A stretch of 64,000 bases of DNA from Flaccisagitta enflata (lineage: Eukaryota): assembly GCA_965153355.1 (NCBI GenBank), contig OZ231126.1, positions 13,392,001-13,456,000 of the forward strand. The letters run 5' to 3'. The first letter of the stretch is position 1, and each line of letters begins with the position of its first letter. Below the pieces are notes generated by a model. The model did not search any database and was not told where the DNA came from. It was given only the letters and a program-made list of their open reading frames with translations. Below, piece by piece: positions 47,351 to 64,000 of this stretch. The translations under genes and the position numbers were made by a program.

Positions 47351-49552
47351 TGAATAAACGCCCTTGTGCGTGGGTCTCTACGCCAGGAGCTTTCATCATT
47401 GATTTTCCTCTCTTTTTCATGCCATTAATTGTGAAATTCAGATCCCTAACGGACATAAGATAAAGACCTAAAAACCGCCTCTGAATCGATATTCAACAGG
47501 CAATAACGTCAACGGGCGTATATATAAAACTTTTGAAGGGGATTTTTGTTATATCCATATTTTAGAAAGTCACAGCAGTGTGGTATCTGTGCTACGGAGC
47601 CGCTCTACACCGATTTTATCAAAATAAACCACTCTGTTAACCCATTATCTTTGAAAAAAGTTTATCACCTTCTTGGGAATTATCTGATTTAATTGCAAAA
47701 CATTGGAAAAAATCATAATATTGATGGTATTTCAGGTTGTCTTATTTCATCTAAAATTTTATGTTATACCACTTGAAGGTGTTTTGAACATGTTATTATC
47801 CAGATTAGCGCATTGTTGTTTCACAATTCAAAATTGATCATTACAAACTTTTTATTTTAAGGATATATTTTTGTTGTGTTGCTTGCTATTTCTAAACGAT
47901 TTAAGCTGCAGAAACCAGATTGCTCTCATCTTTTAGTTTTTGAAGTAGATTAATTGCTTTTTCTTAAAAACTCAATAGCTTTTCTAGAAGTTGAAATATC
48001 TTTAATTCAAGTTATTTCTAATTTCATTCCAATTTTTCATTCTCAATTTTTTAAAAAGTTTCAAGATGAATGTTTTCACTCTTCCAATTGACATTTCTGA
48101 ACGGTTTAAGCTAAAGTCACCAAATTGCACTTATTTTATAGATTTTTTTCTGATCATTATTTTGCTTTTTTGAAAAGTTAACGAATTTTTTTAGAAGCTG
48201 ATATATCTTTGATAGATGAAGGTGATAAACTTTTTTCCAAGGCTGCAAGATTGACCTGAGATACAGTATGTTTTTTCTTGTTTGTAATATTCTATGACGA
48301 CATAATTCTAAAAAGTAGTTGAGATAAATGATTTCCATAAAAAGTTCCTAAAAGATATGGCAGATGCATTTTATAATGTTTAAGTCTCAGGCATTTTTTA
48401 CAAAAATCTGAACCTCTGGACACAAGCAGAAGTATCGATCAAAAACAGGAAAAAAACAAACATTATTTTAGGTTTTCGGCTGAATATTTCTGTTTGAGTT
48501 AATCTTATTTCTGGATGAATTGAGTAACAGATACCAGATTGGTCTCAAATCAAAGCTAATTTACAGTAGTTTTAAGAAATACAATGAGGAAACCTTTTTT
48601 CCAATAGTACGCCACATTAGGCTTTAAGAAAATCTGTTTCTCAATCAAAATTTTGATCAAGAGTTGATTCATTGTTCACACAATTGTCAAAAATATCACA
48701 TGAGCCTTTCAACTGAAGTTTTCCCAAAAACTACTTCAAAAAATCTTTCATCTGAGACCAATCTGGTGTCAGTAGCTCAAACCGTTTAGAAATGAGAGTA
48801 ATTTAAAGGTAAATAGTCCATTTGACAAGTTTTTGCAAAGAAATAATTTGGATATGATGACATCTAGTTCCAAATATGTTCAAGAGATTAATTTTTTGTA
48901 AAAAAATCCTGGCAATTAAATAACATAAAATGCATCTACCATACCTTTCAAAAACTTTTTGCGGAAATCAATTATCTCAACTACTTTAAGAAAAACGTCG
49001 TCATAGAATATTACAAACGAAAAAAAACATAGTGTATCTAAGTCATAACTCATAACCCACACAGGTTTGCTGATAATGTTCTGTAGCTGTCTGCAAAAGT
49101 TGTGACATAGCACGCTAATTGCTGGCATTGCTGGTTTTATTTGTGTGCAGTGTGCAGTGACTAGAGACTGTCTTTGGCCTAGTTAGATGCCGTGAAAAAG
49201 CTGACACAAGACTTTTGTGCGATTGTACAAGTATGGCTTTGTTGAGATGCTGTCTCCCCTCTAAGCAAGTGTTATGTAACTAATGATCATTTGAAGAGCC
49301 TACAAGATACCATGTGGTTATCCAATGTGCTTTTACAGCAGAATCCCGCGCTAACGGATTTCAAGGTACTTACAAATCTTATCTGTTATAGGCGGTATTC
49401 AGTAAGGGAGATAAGGAGAAAGTGACTAAGAATTTCAGCATGTCCTAGGGAGAATTTCATTAGTGACGGATACGCTATAGCGAGGTTTGACTGTAGTTAA
49501 TTTTTGTGAATATGATCGTCTTCTTGCCTATGAAATTGTGGAAATCGAAGTA

Positions 49553-49897
49553 CCATATTTTTTCCATTTATCGCCCCCCCTCCAATTAACGCCCCCCCCT
49601 CTTTTTGCTCCTTAGATCAGTGATTTGTTAGAAGATTAGGAGGCAAATGATTGCTGTGCATAGAGGGATTTAGCTTTTTTTCAGTGCTTTTTTAAGTGCT
49701 TCCGTGGAAAACAGGCAAAAATTATCCCTTAATTCTACTTTTTCTTGAAATTCTGAAATCTCAAGAAGCATTCACTGGGAAAACCGCAATATGACTGCAT
49801 ATTTTCAAATTGAGAGGGGGCGCTAATTGGAGGGTAAAATGGCAATGTTATTTTCTAATTTCAAAAGCGCCCGGGGCGCTAATTAGAAAAAATACGG
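49553..49897. mobile_element. pogo/Tigger-like MITE
   Basis: TA|CCATATTTTTTCCATTATCGCCCC ... GGGGCGCTAATTAGAAAAAATACGG|TA imperfect TIRs with repeated AATTA-CGCCCC motifs. Confidence 0.6.
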
Positions 49898-50284
49898 TAT
49901 ATGTTTTGACAATTGACAACATTTCCGAGAGCCGCATAAGATTCTGTTAGAATATCGATTATTTCACTGTCCCCAAACGAAACTTTTCTATTTCCATGAA
50001 ACGGCGTAGGTTAAGGGGCTGTCGTGATTGCCGCATAACAGACAAAACTTTTCCTTCTTTTCCCGGTCATATCTTGGAAGAAATAAAAGTTCTGTGCGTT
50101 TCATCTTGTGTAAGCTTTGATATACATGATTTGATATATAGACTGGTAACCATTTTCAAGCTATTGCCGGGACGGGGCTAAAAGATTGCTCCAAGCTATG
50201 CCTCATAGTTTTATTTGTTTAGATTCTACATCAAAATAAGTGATGTCGCTTAGCAAGCGACTATGTAGCTCTGCTCGCTAACAC

Positions 50285-50525
<241 letters not shown>

Positions 50526-51308
50526 CATTATACATGCATATAGTTAATATTTGGGAAACAAACCATCTAGACAAGATTTCAAAAAATCAGAGACAGCTTA
50601 TTGCTGTGCTAAGTTCAAGATCTAAGCATTTTATTGTGTCATTACACGTTGTTATTCAATGTTGGCAAGGCAGTACATTTGAGGATTTGATTTTTTCCAA
50701 ATATCTAAAGACTTTTGCTTACATAGCAGCAGCATCCACCCACGCAAAGATGAAAGAAATCCTTGTTTCATTTCCCAAATCAACGTTAAAATTTCTTTCC
50801 AAACCAGGTCACGTGTTTCCTTTTCGAGAAATACAAATGAAAACGAATTGTAAGATATTAACGGCAACGCAGACATACACAAGAACCGCCTTTTGATTCA
50901 CCCACTACCCCCAATAAGACAAGGCCTACTGCGTCAATGGTGGTGATCGGCACGTTCAACGCACCGAATTCAATATAGTTTTTTTCGTTTGTTTGGAAGA
51001 ATGTGTACTTCCAAAAGAATATCCGAGCAAAATACAAAGGTAGTGATGTTTTTAAATCATGTTGCTCCCATAAGGTATCTACAAAAAAAATTAAAATCAT
51101 GTCAAATTATAGCTGTAGTAACTTCATAAAATGATATCATGCAAATTTTAGGTTTAGTATAGCTTCTAATTTGTCGCTGAAACCAATCTATTTGAAAAGG
51201 GGTTTCCATATCTTTTTCAGCTATCACTGACTGTTTCTCGGTACTGTTGACTCATTTTTGTCTGCTAGGGATGCAAGGACCTGAGAATTGATGATTTCTT
51301 GCCTTTTT

Positions 51309-52283
51309 GGGCAGCGGCCCCGAAGGTGTCGATGACCTATGCTTTTATACAGGGGAATTTTCTCCTTCTTCTCCTTCTCCTTCTTTGCCCCCCCCCCCCA
51401 CCTCCAAGCCCATATCTCAGCCATGAGGCCCATATCCCAGCCTTGAGGCCCAAATCCCAGTCTTGAGGCCCAAATCCCAACCTCAAGGCCAAAATCCCAT
51501 CTTCAAGGCTCAAATTCCCCGCCTAGAGGGATTTGGGCCTCAAGACTGGGATTTGGGCCTTAAGGCTGGGATATGGGCCTCGAGCTGAGATATGGGCCTG
51601 GAGGTAGGGGGAGGAGGAGAAGGAGAAAATTCCCCTGTATGAAAGCATAGGTCATCGACCCCTTCGGGGCCGCTGCCCTGCTCCCCCATCAACTTCCAGC
51701 ACAACCTACTCAGGCAGGGCACGGGTACCGCTGACCATCAAACGCTTTTTCGACTTTTCATGATAAATTTTAAGCAGGTTTATGTTGTCTGATCATCAAA
51801 GATTTCCTCGTCAAAATCAGTCAAAATCTCTCACTGTTTTTTGGGCAGCGGCCCCGAAGGGGCCCATGACCTATGCTTTCACACAGGAGAAATTTCTCCA
51901 TCTTCTTCTCCTTCTCCTCCGTACCCCCCCCCCTTGAGGCCCAAATCCTAGCCTCCAGGCTCAAATCCCAGCCTCGAAGCTCAAATCCCAGCCTCGAAGC
52001 TCAAATCCGAGCCCTGAAGCTAAAATCCCAGCCTCAAAGCTCAAATCCCAGCATCGAAGCCCAAATCTCAACCATGAAGTTCAAATCACAGCCTCAAGGC
52101 TTAAATCCCAGCCTCCCGGCTCAAATTCCACCCTCCATGCCCTAATCCCAGCCTTGAGGCTCAAATAAAATCAGCATAGGTCATCGGCCCCTTCGGGGCC
52201 GCTGCCCCACTAACCACCTCACACCCACATACACTCACATAGGGGCAACGGGTACCGCTGACCATCTAACGCTTTTGCGACTA
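51309..52283 (+). mobile_element. Two adjacent copies of a foldback-like element with internal 21-bp minisatellite (51309-51755, 51843-52283)
   Basis: Inverted arms GGGCAGCGGCCCCGAAGG-GTCGATGACCTATGCT, internal (GAGGCCCAAATCCCAGCCTC)-like units, shared tail GGGTACCGCTGACCATC-AACGCTTTT-CGACT. Third copy 56939-57465; more distant relatives near 16104-16320, 16490-16890, 40985-41490. Confidence 0.7.
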
Positions 52284-53442
52284 TTTTTTCTGGGATAACC
52301 TTTCATGAGAGCCTCGCCCTTTCCCGGGTGCACAATTTTGCCCCGGTTTGTGAAAATTCTATATCTTAGCTTTCTCTGTGTCAAACTTCAGCCCGCTGAA
52401 TACATTGAAAACAACTTGAATTCAGACTGAGCAGTTTGTACAAATCCATGCAAAAGACTTGAAATGAGTATTTTTGGAAAATTGCGCGCACGCGACCACG
52501 GATGTTCCAATTGAAAAGTTTGTTAAGTCACGTGTTCGGGACTGAGAATTAAAGGACAAAATCAATATGGCCATTATTTCGAAAGTGAAGATCAACAGCT
52601 CAAGGCAAGAAATTCTGCCGCAGGAGGGGGGGGAGGGGGAAAGGCCAAACAACAGTGAGGTTAACATATCAACAAGAGCAAAACGCGCAACGGCTGACTT
52701 TTGCGTGAAAGTTGATTTGAGAAAAATCATTCGGCTGATCTAAAATATGCTTGTCTCTCAACACATATGCACGCCCAAGTGAGATTGCTGTAATTACTGG
52801 TTCGCTGGTCGGTCAGTTTCTTGGTTTGTTGATTGGTTGATCGGTTGATCAGTTGGTCAACTGACTGATGGGTTGGTCGCTTGTTTGTAAGTCACTCCAT
52901 TACAGTATATTCATGCCCAGGTAAAAAGCATTTGACCGAATTAACGGCTAAAAGAATTGCCATTTGGACTCATCCACACACAAATCAGTCCAGAGGAGAA
53001 ACGCGAGTACTCATGTAATTGACGAAAATTTTCTTTTCAATTTCCAGAATTTTGATTGTGAATTTAAGTAAAATTCAAAAAGGGCTATTTCCTCGTGTAA
53101 TCATCAAGCGAAAAAAAAACAAACAAATGTGACACGCGATCCGCAAAAGTTGCCTCAACTACTGTATGAGTGATGCACTCTTACGGAATGGCGTCGCACC
53201 CATTGATTAAGCTGATATCAAGATATTTTGGCTGGAGAGTGTCTTGTTTATGCTTTTTTTTCATGTTTTTGTTTTGTTTCTTTTTGTCTGAAAATTTTTG
53301 ATTTGGTTTTAAATCTTTTGATTTTGTTTTGTTTTTTTGTTTTTTGTTTTTTGTTTTTTGTTTTTTGTTTTTTGTTTTTTGTTTTTTGTTTTTTGTTTTT
53401 TGTTTTTTGTTTTTTGTTTTTTGTTTTTTGTTTTTTGTTTTT

Positions 53443-53532
<90 letters not shown>

Positions 53533-53811
53533 AAATTTGTGTTGGTCAGGCAGTTCTCGAAAGTTCAGCTTTAATGGAATGAGGGGGTGGCTGCAACAGG
53601 ATCAAGATGAAGTTTCTGTCTGATATCAAATATTTCATAATCATTTGTTTTTTTCACAGTAGTGACATCAAATGTTTAGATAAGACTTGCATTGTATATC
53701 ATTTCACGACAAAAATGTTTTTCATTAAAAAATTCTTAGTACATGGAAAGAAAATGATTCAGGAGAATACTTCTTGGTGATTTTCTTTCATCAGTGTAAT
53801 GATGTAGAGAG

Positions 53812-61070
<7,259 letters not shown>

Positions 61071-62996
61071 GTAAAAGCAAACCCCTTCTGACATTGTGTT
61101 TGTTCTATGATCGGGAAAAAAGTCGAAGTCAGTCTTCGACTTTTTGACATATTCGAGAGAAAAAGGGTTTTCATTTTCTTATGAGGAAGTTGTGCATCTC
61201 TTCCGGCTGATTGCACCCTCGGACGAAATTGATACGGTAAGTAAATTTGATAATTCTCTTTCATTTGGCGCCAAGCAGAATGCTCTACGACAAATATTTT
61301 TCGCGCTATGATTTTTTAAAGATTTATTTACGAAAATTGCAAATTAAATTTTTTTTTAATTTTTTATGATTTTAAGTAGGAACAATAAAAAAGTGTATTT
61401 ATGTTTGTTTGAGCATGCAAATACAAGAAAACATAATTATGAGCATAGCTGCTCATCTCTTAGGGTGTTTTTGAGCAGTCTAGCTCATTTAGCTCATTTT
61501 GCTCCGTCTTTTTTTCTGATTTCAAATTCAATAAATGAATAGATATTTTGTTACATGTTTAAGCAAGCAGATACAAAAAAGCATGTCAGTGAGCTCAGTT
61601 GCTTATTTGGGAGGGTGTTTTTATGTATTCTAGCTCACTTGGCTCATTTAGCTCAGTCTTTTTTTCTGATCTTTAATGGGATAAATACATAAATGCAAAT
61701 AGAAAAAAGCATGTCAGTGAGCATAGCTGGTGGTGTGGTTGAGTGATTTTGAGCATTTTAGCTCATCTAGCTCATTTGGCTCAGTCCTATATTTCTCGGA
61801 TTAACTGTGCAACCAATACATGCAAGTGCTTTTGATTTGATCTAACAAGTAGAAAGATTTGCAGTGACTGAAAACAAAAGCTTGGTGAAAAATGACCAAT
61901 GCTTACGACTTTTTTCCTCACGGCGACAGCCGCCATTACTGGTAGGTGGAACAATATCTCTCACTATACCCAAACTGAAAATTATGGAAGAGGGCCTTGT
62001 GAGCCTTCACTGACTAGGTACTACGCGCATCACTCCTAGTTTTCCATTTAGCAAATCTAACTTAGCAAACATCCATTCTCAATCTAACCCAAAATACAAA
62101 TGCTTACCAAAATAGCTAAGGGCAAATGATTGTTACCTGTTTTACCAAAATTCAACAAATCACCCGAGGGTAACATTGTTAAGTAACCAAACCCTTGAAG
62201 GATAGAATCGAGGTCAAGCTTAATGCGACCGCCGGACATTCTAATCCAAGGTACTGAGTAGTACGAATATGTACACGATCTTTAGTCGTTTTTCAGTTTC
62301 TTCTGGCATAGGAATATTCTTTTCAGTGAAAATCATTAGTAATTATCATGTCAAAGTTAGATTTTCTTCTCTGCATTTTCAAACCCCCATTAGTAGCCAC
62401 TGCCTTAAATAGTCACTTAAACTGTGATCCGAGAGATCTGCAACTTAAACGTTATGAAGATAGATTTATGTTGATCAGCGATTTATTGGTGTGTTCAGGA
62501 ATTGCAAAAAATGCTAAAAACGCCTGTGCCAAAAGTTTGGGTATGGTACATGATGTATATAATGAGGGGGAACCATCGGTTGGACTTTTTGTCTAACCAT
62601 ATTAGTGCTCGGATGAGTTTTAGTCGTCCAAAAATGGCTTAAAATGGCCAAATTTGACTATGGACCCTCTAACTTGCAAAATGGCAAAAGCAGTCAAATT
62701 TTCACCACCCAACATACTTTTTTGGCTTAATGGAGTCAGAATACACTAAGGTAGGTGGTAGAGTGGATGGGTGGGAGGGGTCACCCATGGGGTGGGGGTA
62801 AGGGGGCCAAATTGGCCAAAATTCACCTCCTGATGGAGGTGGTTGTAAAAAATGTCAAAAATCAAAAAAGTTGATTTTTTTGGCAAGAATAGGTGTTAAC
62901 TAAGGCGTTTCAGCAAAAAAATTGGATTTATTTTGAAAAATGAACAAAAAATGACCAAATCAAAGTGTTGATGGTTGTTGGTAATTTTGGGGTATG

Positions 62997-64000
62997 AACC
63001 ATTCAACTTTGATTGCTTATAACTTTTTTATGCTGAGGAGAAAAAAAATATGGTCGATCTCATCTGAAAGATCTTTCAAAACTCTTTCAGAATCTCATGG
63101 ATTTCAACTCATTTTGTTCAAAAATGGCAGTACAGTGATCTCCCAAAGTACAGTAAATATTGATTTCTTGTAAGATAGAACCATTCAACTTTGACTGTTA
63201 ATGGATTTTAAATACTTTAAAGCATATAAATTTGGTTGGTCTCATCTGAAAGAGCTTTCAAAACTCTTTCAGAATCTTACGGATTTCAACCCATTTCGTT
63301 CAAAAATGGCGGTACAGTGATCTCCCAAAGTACAGTAAATATTGATTTCTTGTAAGATAGAACCATTCAACTTTGGCTGTTTATAAATTTTAAATACTTT
63401 AAAGCATACAAAATTGGTTGGTCTCATCTGAAAGAACATTCAAAACTCTTTCAGAATCTCACGGATTTCAACTCATTTTGTTAAAAAATGGCAGTACAGT
63501 GATCTCCCAAAGTACAGTAAATATAGATTTCTTGGGCAACAGAACCATTCAACTTTGACTGTTTATAGATCTTAAATACTTTAAAGCATATAAATTTGGT
63601 TGGTCTCATCTGAAAGAGCTTTCAAAACTCTTTCAGAATCTCACGGATTTCAACTCATTTTGTTAAAAAATGGCAGTACAGTGATCTCCCAAAGTACAGT
63701 AAATATTGATTTCTTGGGCGATAGAACCATTCAACTTTGACTGTTAATGAATTTTGAATACTTTAAAGCATACAAATTTGGTTGGTCTCATCTGAAAGAG
63801 CTTTCAAAACTCTTTCAGAATCTCACGGATTTCAACTCATTTTGTTCAAAAATGGTGGTACAGTGATCTCCCAAAGTACAGTAAATATTGATTTCTTCGG
63901 CGATGGAACCATCCAACTTTGACTGTTTATAGATTTTAAACACTTTAGAGCATAAAAATTTGGTTGATCTCATCTGAAAGATGTTCCATAACCCTTTAAG
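62997..64000 (+). repeat. 182-bp tandem repeat, at least 5.5 copies, runs off the window end
   Basis: AACCAT(T/C)CAACTTT recurs near 62997, 63179, 63361, 63543, 63725, 63907; conserved TACAGTGATCTCCCAAAGTACAGTAAATAT core. Confidence 0.95.

Noticed and set aside
61186-61236. Possible opsin B exon 7 (EVVHLFRLIAPSDEIDT) with strong GTAAGT donor
   Set aside because: Phase-compatible, but the acceptor is GAG and there is no similarity to opsin A exon 7; not included without cDNA. The same applies to the candidate near 62499-62540.

Overview
AT-rich, repeat-dense animal (invertebrate) genomic DNA with spliceosomal introns; most ORF-track entries are microsatellite or repeat artefacts. Manual exon assembly supports four host genes: (1) the last two coding exons of a Tbx20/H15-type T-box gene (+, 4159-5809); (2) a complete 6-exon, 300-aa CCDC42/CFAP73-family ciliary gene (+, 7550-33010) with an RFX X-box upstream and an 18.8-kb first intron; (3) a near-fully reconstructed 10-exon opsin, opsin A (-, 47085-37396, about 373 aa, retinal-binding Lys present); and (4) a head-to-head paralog, opsin B (+, from 53812, 3' end not identified in the window), with identical internal exon sizes. 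Both opsins look xenopsin/ciliary-like and carry Asp at site 113 plus Glu181; opsin A has a remodelled G-protein face (DAFIY for NPxxY) and an apparent GT-TG intron. An intact DD35E Tc1-type transposon sits just downstream of opsin A. The most unusual structural signal is CCDC42 intron 4: apart from a nest of TA-inserted transposons it consists of decaying tandem copies of the last 46 nt of exon 4, each starting GT and ending CAG, as expected for intron birth by tandem duplication. Splice-site-spanning duplications recur in both opsins. Many Helentron/HINE-like elements, MITEs, a hAT derivative, 81-bp and 182-bp tandem arrays and microsatellites fill the rest. All family assignments are from motif recognition, not database searches.
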